From NCBI GenBank assembly GCA_951406725.2, contig OX597820.1:89404001-89468000 (forward strand): 64,000 nucleotides of DNA, given 5' to 3'. Positions 1 to 11,944 of the stretch are shown piece after piece. Position 1 is the stretch's first letter; every line of letters begins with the position of its first letter. The stretch comes from Octopus vulgaris. Its lineage: Eukaryota. Under the pieces are notes generated by a model that saw only the letters and a list, made by a program, of their open reading frames with translations, made no database searches and had not been told where the DNA came from. Made by a program: the position numbers and the translations under genes.

Positions 1-200
1 CTTAGATTTAGTATATATGGAAAACAAAGGAGATGGGTTTTGTTGCAATAATTTTGATCATGGGTTAGCTCATTCAAAACTCACCAAATTTAAAGAATTA
101 TCATAACGCTTGTCAAACGTTCGAAAGTATGAGAGATATATAACAGTATAGAAAAAAGTGTTAGGTATCTGTAAGGAATCACAAACCACTCTCTCTCTCA

Positions 201-402
201 TTTACTCTTTTACTTGTTTCAGTCATTTGACTGCTGCCATGCTGGAGCACCGCCTTTAATCGAGCAACTCGACCCCGGCACTTATTCTTTGTAAGCCTAG
301 TACTTATTCTATCGGTCTGTTTTGCCGAACCGCTAAGTGACGGGGACATAAACACACCAACATTGGTTGTCAAGCAATGCTAGGGGGACAAACACAGACA
401 CA

Positions 403-490
<88 letters not shown>

Positions 491-655
491 TACGACAGGC
501 TTCTTTCAGTTTCCGTCTACCAAATCCACTCACAAGGCTTTGGTCGGCCCGAGGCTATAGTAGAAGAGACTTGCCCAAGGTGCCACGCATTGGGTCTGAA
601 CCCAGAACCATGTGGTTGGTAAACAAGCTACTTACTACACAACCACTCCTGCGCC
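201..655 (-). mobile_element. tRNA-derived SINE family A (CORE-like; probably octopus OR-type), full length, with internal (CA)n(TA)n
   Basis: Minus strand starts GGCGCAGGAGTGGTTGTGTAGTAAG (A-box-like), then GGTTCAGACCC (B-box-like), then CACCTTGGGCAAGT (CORE-like). About 10 homologous copies in the window. Confidence 0.85.
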
Positions 656-719
656 ACTAGTTGAAATTAAGAGCAATTGTAGCAGTTACAGGAAAATCAC
701 ACATTTTGGACTTCTTCAA

Positions 720-1142
720 ATGTGTCAGTGAATGCTATGGTGTAATTGCGCGTTTTACTGCCAATGAAATCGGTAGTGATGATGAAAACTATCGGGTCGG
801 TGAACATTGTGATGCATGTAGTGGCGTTGATAAAGCTTGGAATGTCAATGAAAATGGTGGTGTCAGTTAAGGCTCTACTGTGATGAAAGGTGTTTTGTCG
901 ATGTAGTTTTTAGTGTGAATAACAGTTGTGGTATCAGCGAAGTGAATGGTGTCGATGGAGGTTCTGGTGTCAGTTAAGACTGTGGTGTCAATGATGGCTG
1001 TATTGTTTATTACGGGTGCTTTGTCAATGAAGACTGCGGTGTCAATGAAGATAGTGGTGATAATGAAAGTTGGTGTGTTAATGAAGTGTCTATGGCGACA
1101 GTGAAGGCTGTGCTGTTAATAAAGTCTGAGATGTCAATGAAA
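720..1142. repeat. Degenerate 18-bp minisatellite (consensus about GTCAATGAAGACTGTGGT)
   Basis: gtcaatgaa/gtcagttaa recur with 18-nt periodicity over about 420 bp; occasional 17/19-nt units. Confidence 0.75.
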
Positions 1143-1228
1143 CAATCTCTCTTAGATAATCCCTTATTGTCTTAAAAAAGAATGACACATTGAGTGATGC
1201 CATTCAGATATACTTGTTACGGTTGGAA

Positions 1229-1458
1229 GGCGGCGAGCTGGCAGAAACGTTAGCGCGCCGGGCGAAATGCTTAGCGGTATTTCGTCTGTCGTTACGTTCT
1301 GAGTTCAAATTCCGCCGAGGTCGACTTTGCCTTTCATCCTCTCGGAGTCGATAAATAAAGTACCAGTTTCGCACTGGGTCGATGTAATCGACTTAATCCG
1401 TTTGTCTGTCCTTGTCTGTCCCCTCTATGTTTAGTCCCTTGTGGGTAGTAAAGAAATA
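1229..1458 (+). mobile_element. tRNA-derived SINE family B with 19-bp target-site duplication
   Basis: GGCGGCGAGCTGGCAGAAACGTTAG head, GAGTTCAAATTC B-box, GCCTTTCATCC..GTCGATAAA core. Flanked by atacttg(t/c)tacggttggaa at 1210-1228 and 1460-1478. Confidence 0.9.
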
Positions 1459-2406
1459 CATACTTGCTACGGTTGGAACGTGGTTTGCTTCCATCATAGT
1501 TTATCATTCAGTTCATCATTCACCCTATTACTTGCGTGCTATAGCTTTTATCAATCAAGGATTTGGGCATTGCCATTCAGAGCAATGTTTTCTCGTTCTC
1601 CGATATTTTTATTCTCTGGAAGACATGGTAGTATTAAACGGTCATGTCGACCAGCCACATCAGAATGAGTCACTAGTATAATTTTATATTATACTGAAAC
1701 TGAATTGGTTGCAACTCTTCAAATTTCAATTGAAACTACATCCTACCAGATACCAGCACTATTCTAATTAAAACGTCGTTATTACACCACAGTTGTTTGT
1801 GAGATCTGCGAGAAGACATTTGTTTCATTGTACATGTTTGATCTGGCATTTAGAAAGCAGACGTTTAAGTTAAGCTGTGCCGACATATGTCTTGCTAACG
1901 CTGGCAGGAAATAGATTAGCTTAAAATTCAACTTATATTTAGCTTAATGTTCACAAATGGAAGCTGCTAGCAAGAAATCTCAGCTTAATGCAAACGCAGA
2001 GGAAGAAGAGAAAAAAATATTTGAACTAAAAACAATTCTAATATTTTGTTACTAAGTAAATGATAAATGTATTGGTATGAATGTAAGAGTATTAACGTCA
2101 TTAGCTGGCAATGATTGCTATTTCGCAGCAGTAATGGCGTCCGAACGGAGAATGAACTTGCATTATCACAGAATTAGTTACAGTTTAAATGAAATCGTAG
2201 AGTGTGGAAATGAATAGAAGAATAAATAATATATACATTGAGAGAAAGTTCCGATTTAGTCTTTTAAAACCTCTGCTCAAATTTTAACAACGAAACGAAA
2301 ATGGCTGTGTGTTTACTGCTAATACATATTGAGTTAAAATCTACCCCATGGGCTTCAAGGTCAGGTAAAACGCTTCATTGTACATTGATTCAGCTCAGCT
2401 TGTTAG

Positions 2407-2444
<38 letters not shown>

Positions 2445-2567
2445 GGTTAAGTAATTGAGATTCTAGTGAATTCTAAAGAATTCACATGAATTCACATGTA
2501 GCTTATTAAAGATGTCCTCGTACGAAACGATCGTACCGAGATTTTAATCCATTCTTGTTGCTTTTTT

Positions 2568-2601
<34 letters not shown>

Positions 2602-2686
2602 ATACATATATAGGGTAGCGAATATTTGTTAGAAATATCACCACCAGTGGCCTAGTATGTATAAATAGTCAATAGACAACATATTC

Positions 2687-2814
2687 TTATTTCAAAATAG
2701 TGTACATTTAAATACAAGGTTTTGGTCGTTTTGGCTGCTTCTTCTAGCATGTAAAAATTACCTGTTTAAGGGTAGTTTTCTCTTGTGTTTAAATGTACAC
2801 TATTTTGAAATAAG
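2687..2814. repeat. 33-bp inverted repeat between (TA)n tracts, Penelope pLTR-like remnant
   Basis: cttatttcaaaatagtgtacatttaaatacaag versus cttgtgtttaaatgtacactattttgaaataag. Confidence 0.7.
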
Positions 2815-2884
2815 TATATATATATATATACGTTTAAATATTTGTTGTGCAAGATTTTTTATGTGAAGTTGTGTGTTGAAACAG

Positions 2885-3115
2885 ATATTGTTATATTTCG
2901 GAATGGTCATTTTGCCAGTTTAGCCACAAATAAGAAAGAAGAAAACAAAGGACCACTGATGCGGTCACAGGAGTGTGACGAAAGAACTCTGGCCGAAATA
3001 AGATTAAGATTAATGTAAAAAATAAATAACACTGAAGCAAAATAACATCAAATATATAGTGCGTGTGTTTTTATTGGCTAAACTGGCAAAATGACCATTC
3101 CGAAATATAACAATA
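2885..3115 (+). mobile_element. Penelope-type pLTR remnant with 42-bp inverted ends and a hammerhead-like motif
   Basis: atattgttatatttcggaatggtcattttgccagtttagcca (2885-2926) is inverted at 3074-3115. Motif GGACCA-CTGATGC-G-GTCAC..GTGAC-GAAA-GAAC-TC-TGGCC at 2950-2994. Confidence 0.65.
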
Positions 3116-5768
3116 TATATATATATATGAGATCAATTGGCAATGTTATGATGCGATTGACTGGTGTCCAATCTACGAAAACTTTTTGTCTCATTCGTCT
3201 TAAGAACTCTGTGCGGATGATAGCAGGTATATTCAGTTGCTTGCTGCATTGACTACCCTGTTGTAAGAAGAGCAATGTTGGGAATTCTCAAGTAAAGAAC
3301 ATCAACAAATATTGTGACAAGAAATAGAGTTTAATAGAATAATAAATCTTTAACAGTTAACAATTTTTAGAAGTACTATTGAACCTTGGGAGGGGCATTA
3401 TGTCGGTAATAATAGGCACACGTACTGATTAAGTCCTTTATTGTTATTGTTAGTAAATGGGTCAGTAATTCCGTTAACCAATTTACTGATCAGCTGTTTT
3501 TTATCAGTTTTTCAAACTCATATGTTAAACACTTTGGTCAAACAGTTAATCGTTCAAATGTTCAGCAGTGTTTGTGTTGTAATTTCTTTTTTTGTCAAAT
3601 AATTCTTCAGTGATACATCTCTCTACTTCCATTTCTTTTGAACTTATGTTCTAGCGTTGGGATTCGTTCGAGATCTGTCCGAGATGAGTATGTGAGTGTG
3701 TGTATGTCAGTATGTGTGTGTGTTTATACATAAGTGTATGTATCCGTGTGTGTGTGTATGTATATTTTAAATATTGACTATGTCATTTTTCATATACATA
3801 AGATAGCAGTTTTGGTTTTCTCTTTGTTTTCTACGCAAACGCATACGTTCATCCATATAACGTTTCTCTCAAAGACAGTTAAACCGTCTTCTTTGATAGA
3901 TGTTGAATAAATTGATATCTATCTGTGCGTTTATATTACATTTATTACATTCTCCACAATAACGTCTGTTAATTCTCTCCCCTCTACTCCTTTCAACAAT
4001 AGCAAGAAGCAAATCAGGCTGTTTCTATGCACTCACTAGGCATGCTAGAAATATCTAAGAAATTTCTATCAGATAGGTAGCAGATTAACACACAAATTCA
4101 CATCAAGAATCTTACAAATCAAATACAAATAAGAATTCCAAGAAGATTGTCTTTGTTTCTATTCTCTCAAAAACTCTTAGTAAGATGAGAAGCATTTGGG
4201 GTTGGTTTATATAGTAACGTTTAATATATAACAGGGACACCAGAGGAGTATTTACGAAGTCGGTTTATATTAATGTTTAGTGCGGAACAGGTCCAAAACA
4301 AAACAAAACAAATGGAAATTAGCACTACCTACCAAAACAAAAAAAGCTCGTTAATTATATGCTGCTGCAAGACTGTTTGCTGGCAGAATTGGAAGCGTAT
4401 TTCTTTCGACTCATTACGTTTTGAGTTGAAATATCACAAGGGTCAAATTTTCCTTTCATCTTTCCCAGGTTCGATAAAGTACCAGTCAAATACTGCAGTC
4501 AACGTAATAGACTATCCATACCTCACTTAATATTGCTGGCCTATAATTTGAAACAGTTATACAATGTTGCTTGTGGTTATCGTATGAAGAGAACAAAACT
4601 GGAATCGGATACTCCACAATAATAGCAGTGTCTTCGATGTGAAATGAATCATCGACTCATCACCTAGTAGGATAAAACCCTGAATCTGATGAAACGGATG
4701 AGGCCTATGGTGGACTCTTAGCTATTCATCCATTTTAGGACCTTGCATTCTCAGACGAATTTTGGTGAGATTAATATTTTTTTTTTACTTATTGTAAGTA
4801 AATCCACTGAACCTATTAACATATTGAACAAGGACTTATTAAATGCAGAGAGCCGAGGGTAATTGAATCAATAATGTATCATACAACTAATAAAAAAGTC
4901 GGTGGTGTCCGAAAATTTCAACCGTTTTGCAATATTCTAATTAATCTAAACAATGTAATGATCAATTTATCGAACTTAGAATAAATATATAATTAACACG
5001 GTCTCACCATCGACTACCGAGTTAATGGATACGTTTAAATTACATTCTTCACAATAACGTCTGTTAATTCTCTCCCCTCTATTCTTTTCAACAATAACAA
5101 GAAGCAACCCAGGTTGCTTCTATGTGCTCACTAGGCATGCTAGAAATATCTAAGAAATTTCTATCAGATAGGTAGAAGATCAACTTGTAATACCTCGATG
5201 TGATTGATTCGTGTCCGATCTTTGAACAAAATTTGTCTCTTTTCGTCCTGAGAACTCTGTGTCGTTGATTGTAAGTATATTCATTTCCTTTAATCATTGA
5301 CAATCCTGTTGAAAAACGAATAATGTTGCTGTATTCCAGAACAAAATACCAAAAAATGGTGTGGCAAGAAGTAGCGATCAAGAGTGATAAATCTTAAATA
5401 ATCAGCGATTCTGAGAAGATTGTTGCCTTTTATTCTGCCAAAAAGTGTAAACATGAGTAGTATTTATGAGCAGCCTTTAAAAGTACATAATGGATATTGT
5501 AACCTTAGATATATTATGCTTGAATAAAATACGGGACAGTTATAGCTTGAATAACTTTCATCATAGAATCTGCTCGATGACGGATGACACAGAGCTTAAC
5601 ATCAACAGCATTAACAATAACATTAGCAGAAACATCATAAACCACAATTACAATAACATCAACAACGACAACAACCATAACCACTATAGTTAAGATGTAT
5701 GAGGCAAAGAACATATCTTTTTTACTTGGCTTCAATTAGTTGTATATGAAGGTGTTGTTATGGTAACC

Positions 5769-6071
5769 CAGGGGTTCTCAACGTTCTTTTATCGATGGAC
5801 TCCTTTGATTACTATTTTTTCCAGACGGACCCCGTAGTCATTCGATGTTTAAAAATTAGTTTTAGAGAAACCCCTTTCAATATTCCTATTTCGTTTTTCG
5901 AAATCTAGCTGTTTCTCGCAATACGTACCAGTTCATACATCTAGTGCAGAATCTTTTCAGAGGCCCTTAAAATACTGTTGTTGATCTCCAATTTACTATT
6001 TTATTGCATGAATCCCACAAAGTCTTATAAGGACCCTCAAGGTTCATATGGACCTCGGTTGAGAACCTCTG
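5769..6071. mobile_element. Non-autonomous hAT (Charlie-like) MITE
   Basis: TIRs CAGGGGTTCTCAAC / GTTGAGAACCTCTG; degenerate 8-bp flanks with central TA (tggtaacc / tcgtatct). Confidence 0.75.
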
Positions 6072-6074
6072 TCG

Positions 6075-6197
<123 letters not shown>

Positions 6198-6495
6198 TCA
6201 TATGCAGAAAACATATATAGTATTTTATATTTTATAAAATGCATGCAAGTCTCTTCAAATTAACTGCCAAGCTTACGTTACTGCTAAAATAGATTATAAA
6301 ATCTTACTAAAGCAACTCCTTAGTCACAAGCACAAAATAGTGATAAGCGCCCAATATGTACCACAATTATGCAAAAGTTTCCATATATGTGATTCCATAT
6401 ATTTATTGCATAGCGTGCATATCTAATAAACTGGAGACTGGAGACTTAACAAATTTATCTTCCTCTGTAATAAGTTACGAATTTTCTGCCTTTTA

Positions 6496-6858
6496 GGTGC
6501 AAGCATTGCTGTGTAGTTAGGAAGAACTTTGCACAACCACCACATGATTTTCGTATCAGTCCCCAACGCTGTACCAGAGACAAGTGTCTTCTACAATAGC
6601 ACCGGACCGACCAATGCCCTATAGGCGTAAACGGTATGGAATCCCATCGTATATATATATATATATATGCACGTCAATTGACAAACGGCGTTGGTTTGTG
6701 TATATCTTGTTAGTTAGCAGTTTGACCAAAGATATTGATAGAATCAGAGTTAGATTTATAAAATAAATACTCAGTCGTTTTTTTCGATTAAACACTTCAA
6801 AGCAGTGAGTGCCTCAGCCCCTCTGCAGTCCAACGACTGCAATAAACAAATGATAAAA
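6496..6858 (+). mobile_element. Diverged SINE family A copy
   Basis: Colinear with the reverse complement of 201-655 (caagtgtcttctacaatagc, ttgacaaacggcgttggtttg). Confidence 0.6.
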
Positions 6859-6877
6859 AGGTATATATATATATATA

Positions 6878-7050
6878 TTTTTTTTCCTCTCCTTGTTTCT
6901 CTCCTTGTTTTCTGTGTCTCTTTCTGTAGAAGAGCGTAGGCTCGAAACGTAAAAGACCTTTTCTATTCCTGAGCGTTATACAAATACATCTGTTTGTTTT
7001 GTACACTACCTGTCTTCGTCTTTTGTTGTTTTTTTTCGTAAACTCTCCCT
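6878..7050 (+). mobile_element. Solo pLTR of the Penelope family at 36852-38262, with hammerhead-like motif (6919-6956)
   Basis: Homologous to the reverse complement of about 36852-37027; sits between (TA)n tracts. TCTTT-CTGTAGA-A-GAGC gtag GCTC-GAAAC-GTA-AAAGA. Confidence 0.75.
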
Positions 7051-7359
7051 ATATATATATATATATATATGACCTTAATAGAGCTGTCGCTGTTTAGTTG
7101 CGCATTTAGAAGTGGTTGTAATTTACTTATTAAATGTATTTATCGATACGGTTGCACATAGGGTAAATGTGTTTGAAAGTTGTGGTTTCTTTGGTTTGTT
7201 TGTTCCCAAACAACGCTTATTTTAGTGTTGTTGACACCGCCGCATTGAATGGTGCTGCCCAGTTGTCGAAACCATAATGATATCCGTGGTGCAGCTGATG
7301 ATGGGGGTATGTTGGATTGTTTGTTTAGATGTGGAATAGTATTATAACACATCCTTTTG

Positions 7360-7471
<112 letters not shown>

Positions 7472-7877
7472 GAATAGATAGATGTTGAGATCTGTATGGA
7501 AGAAGGTCTAGAGGTAGCCTCATCTCTTTGTTTATGGTCAAGCTATGCTTTCAAAAGCCATTCTTCTAATTCACGAAAAATCAAACATTGAGAGACTAAC
7601 ACGATATGTTTATATGCATAGAATTGTAATCACAGCAGCTGAGCACTGCCGTCCTTAATACTCAATGCTGTGCTCAATTACTGCTGGGCTGAGAATTTAT
7701 TTTGGACGAAGGCACAAGAGCGGAGCCTTTACTTCTGTGACTTTTGACAAAATTACGTGCTAAATTTGTTACAAATTATTAAAGCAAAAGTAGATTAGAT
7801 AGTCAGTTGAGGGCCAGTGATAGAAACGCTATCTTACAGGCATATATCTGCTTTGGAAAATTGTATATAAATGTGTG

Positions 7878-7984
<107 letters not shown>

Positions 7985-8258
7985 GCACGCACACACATTT
8001 AGTACGCACGTTTCAGATAATCTCTTACACAACACCTTCCTTTAAAAATGCATTCAAAGCCTTTGAATGCTAACTAGTCCTTATTTCGTTTTCTTGAAAA
8101 CTCTAGCAAGGATTTGGAGAGTTTCTTCTCCTGGACTCGAGTGAAAAGTTTTGGTAAAGTGCTTCGCTTCTAATCATAACACGAAATATAAATACTTATA
8201 CATACATATTTATATATTTATACTAATACATATCTATATATATCTATACCTGTATCTA

Positions 8259-8322
<64 letters not shown>

Positions 8323-8325
8323 CTA

Positions 8326-8387
<62 letters not shown>

Positions 8388-8961
8388 TATATGTCCATAT
8401 ATGTGTCTCTATATGTAGACATAGACACGCACATACGCACACAAACACACACACATTTACTACACCAGTGAATACTTTTAGCAAGAATGCTGAAATTGGT
8501 CTAAAATATATGAAATTAAATATATTGAACAATTACTTTGTGTTTACGAATATCTCCTACGATTATAAAAGGGTCATATAACGAAACAGCCGAAATCAGA
8601 CAAATACATGGGAAAAATTACATTTTAATAGAGACAATCCGCAAGGAAATTAATCAGCAGAATATAATTGAAATCGTTGACATTTTTGGCGGAGCAGGTG
8701 TACATTTATAATTATCTTCTTCATCAAGAATATATCTCGAGGTTAAACGCATTTTGCGTCATTAGATGTTGCGGAATTTGCGTGCTTTTATTGTGTGGAT
8801 GAGAAATGGTAATTCATACGTGCAGCTTTTCTTTTTGGCAGAGATGCTTTATATATTAAAGAAATTGAAATTATCACAGCAAGTTATCCAACAAATATTT
8901 GGTGACGAACCTTCTGATACTGATGAATAAAACCTATCCGAGATGTCTAATTATATCTAAG

Positions 8962-9026
8962 TGAAGTCTGGCGTAGCATGGTAAATTCCATTGTCTCGAC
9001 CACGGTCGAACAACGATGATGATGAT
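8962..9026 (+). mobile_element. Short 3' tail of RTE-X-like LINE
   Basis: agcatggtaaattccattgtctcgaccacggtcgaacaa plus (GAT)n, matching the 3' end of 58488-58763. Confidence 0.7.
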
Positions 9027-9323
9027 ATCTAAAACATGTCTGTATGGCTGAAGGCATGGGTTTTGCAGTTAAGAAGTTTTTCTCGAGATTAAAATAGTGC
9101 TTGAATTAATCACACAGCGCGGTGGCATGAGCACATGGCTTCTGCCAAAAGCAGCCTTTGGTCAACCAAACCTCTATGCGTTAAATTTAGTAGATAGTAA
9201 CTATGTTAAATTCCGATAGAGATACTAATGTTGTTATGGTGTAGTAGACTTCATCTATTTCCCGGTCAAAGGCCAGTGCCAAACCGTTGTTTATCTTTAA
9301 TAGTGTCCACTACGTTGAAAGGT

Positions 9324-9602
9324 GGAGGCACAATGGCCTAGTGGTTAGGGCAGCGGACTCGCGGTCGGAAGATCGCAGTTTCGATTCCCAGACCGGGCGT
9401 TGTGTGTGTTTATTGAGCAAAAACACCTAAAAGCTCCACGAGGCTCCGGCAGGGGGTGGCGGTGAGCCCTGTTGTACTCTTTTGCGTCAACTCTTTCTCA
9501 TTCTCTTTTCCTGATTCTTGAGTAACGCTGCGATGGACTGGCGTCCCGTCTAGCTGGTGGGGAACACATACGCCACAGAAACCGGGAAACCGGGCCCATG
9601 AA
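9324..9602 (+). mobile_element. tRNA-derived SINE with V-domain-like core (family C)
   Basis: TGGCCTAGTGG A-box, GTTTCGATTCC B-box; gcgatggactggcgtcccgtc...gccacagaaaccggga resembles the V-SINE domain. Confidence 0.7.
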
Positions 9603-10957
9603 AATGGCGACGTTTTTTTTTTTTACTACGTTGCAAGCAGTCTCACCAGGTCTTAGAATAAACCATTTAAAAAAACCAATTGTGGAATGAGCTGCTGTGC
9701 ATTATATTTCACAGCCAGTTAATATGAGGGAAACAGAAGCCATGTTCACTATTATAGTAGATGAAGGCGATTGATCGATTTTAGATAAAGTTTAAACTTT
9801 TATGTACATTTGCACCTATTTCCACCAATTACGTGGACTATGCCTAATGCAGAATAAAGTGTCCTGTTTCCAAACAGAACAGCACACCAGCAACGTATAA
9901 ACTAAGATCTGATAGTCTTAGTCTCCGTTTACTCGGCCATCTCAGCTTCTCGTTACGTAAAAAATGAAAGAATACCCTTATTGTCTAATTGAAATGCTGC
10001 AGGAGAATGTATTAGAATGGCAAGGTCGGGAATTTACGAAGAAATAATTTGATATTTTAAAAATTTATTATATTTATTTTAATTCATATTTCATATTGAA
10101 TCGGGGAACAATATCGTGAATAATGAAAGGTTTCGAATAACGGTTTTATCATTAGTTCATTACAGTTTTGACAGCTAAAGTGATACAGCAGTGTGTGTAA
10201 GCCGCCGAAAATGTAAACATCTTAAGGGGATTCGTTGGTAAAACACCAGGTTTTCGGTTTTCTTACCAATGTTTACATTCTTCGTCGATGTGAAAGAAAC
10301 ACACATAGACACACAAGTACACACTCACACACACACACATGCACACATACGCACTCACACAAACACACACATACACCGACACACACATATACGTAATTTG
10401 TATATGTGCGTACTGTATATTTATCTAAAGAATGTACATTCTTTAGATAAACATACAATTTAGCCTTGCCGTGAAAAGTAAACTAAGTCTCATTCACCAC
10501 AGATTTACCACTCTGTAGACAGAACAGATAAATGAAATCAATCTGATTAGTTTGTAGATTTGCTAGGTTTTTCTTCAAGGGAAGAATGCCCGTAGAGATT
10601 GGTATTTTATAGCAATTTATATTGTATACAACCTGGGACTGAGCGGAACTAGTCTACATAATTTACAGAACACTCTACGGGCTTTTGACGTAGATTTACT
10701 GACCAATAAATTAATAATGCATTGTACAGTGTCTATGAATAAGCTGAAACGTAAGATATACTCTGTTCTTTATTCTAAATCTGTTTATTTATTTATGTTT
10801 ACTTGTGAAAAGTAAACGAATTAGTTACGTCACAAGGTTCATCTCCTCATGGACAGAAATACATCAATCTCATCTGATTTGTTACTAGTGTTGTTAGATC
10901 TTCATCAGAGGACGATTACCTGTCTTCTGTTCACGGTGAGATTATTAGCTTGTAGCT

Positions 10958-11560
10958 ATACAACGAGCGTTCAAAAAGTATCCGACATTTGGGCATAAAA
11001 AAAACAAAACAATTTAGAATATTTCAGAAATTTATTTAATCACTTTCAAAATATTCACCTTGGGAGTTTCTCCCAGCGGTTCTGCCAATGCTGGCGATGC
11101 TTCTGGAACACCATCTCCGCAATGATATGGAGCTCTGCCGTCGCGTTTGTCATAATTTCCTTTCGCGACATAAATCTCTTACCTTTCAACATGGTTATCA
11201 GTTTAGGGACGAGCTAGAAGTCACACGGTGCCAAGTTGGGAGAGTATGGAGCCTGTCAAACAAGTGATGTGGATCATGTAAACGGAATAAGAGAGCACAT
11301 TGTCGTGGCGTAGTTTCCAATTTTTCGTCGCCCGCTGGTCCGGCCGCTTTCGACGCACAGCATCACGAAGGCGACGCATAACTTGCAGGTAGTATTCCTT
11401 ACTGAATGTTTGTCATTGTGGTGCGTGTTTAGGATCCACAATACAACGGGAATGAAAAAAAAAAAACAGGTCAACATTACCTTCATATTCCTGAAAACTT
11501 GTGCATCGTGAGGGCATGGTGATGAGAGATGCTTCCATTGGGAGGACTGGAAATTGATTA
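10958..11560 (-). mobile_element. Decayed mariner 3' half with terminal repeat
   Basis: Minus frame QAPYSPNLAPCDF*LVPKLITMLKGKRF; end TATACAACGAGCGTTCAAAAAGTATCCG resembles a mariner TIR. Confidence 0.7.
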
Positions 11561-11626
11561 TAATGTATAAAAGAATCTAACTTCGCAACTAAGTGTCTCT
11601 AAGTTCAATCTTGCTGCATTACATTT

Positions 11627-11937
11627 TTAACCAACTAAATATGAACCATTTTGTTGCACAATGCGTCTCCATCTTTCCTTTAACTTGAAAATACCCTCTT
11701 CCCAGAATTGAAGTGGTTTCATGGCAAAGAATTCATCAAGGTATCTTTTTATGTCATCCATGGAATTGAAAGTTTTACCATTAAGACTATTCTGCAGAGA
11801 TCTGAATAAGTGGAAATCCGAAGGAGCAATATCTGGTGAATATGGAGGGTGGGGTAACACATCCCAGCCGAGCTGCACCAATTTTTGTCTGGTTCCCAAA
11901 GCATCAAGTGCCGAGAATGGACTTTCTTATCTTCCAT
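11627..11937 (-). pseudogene. Internally deleted mariner transposase
   Basis: N-terminus MEDKKVHSRHLMLWE is joined directly to the C-terminus TRQKLVQLGWDVLPHPPYSPDIAPSDFHLFRSLQ...GSY. Confidence 0.85.
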
Positions 11938-11944
11938 TTTAAAG

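Noticed and set aside
333-660. ORFs rich in YI/HT/CV/YLSI repeats here and throughout the window
   Set aside because: Translations of (TA)n, (CA)n, (CTAT)n and SINE bodies; not genes.
661-1142. Repetitive protein exon (VNEDCG-like hexapeptide)
   Set aside because: In-frame stops and 17/19-nt units break the frame.
9324-9400. tRNA gene
   Set aside because: Acceptor and T stems do not pair and it continues into a SINE body. The same holds for the heads at 31964 and 56323.
10465-10925. Weak direct repeat (about 10467-10590 versus 10803-10920); similar case at 17700 and 18085
   Set aside because: Too diverged to define by eye and no functional hint.
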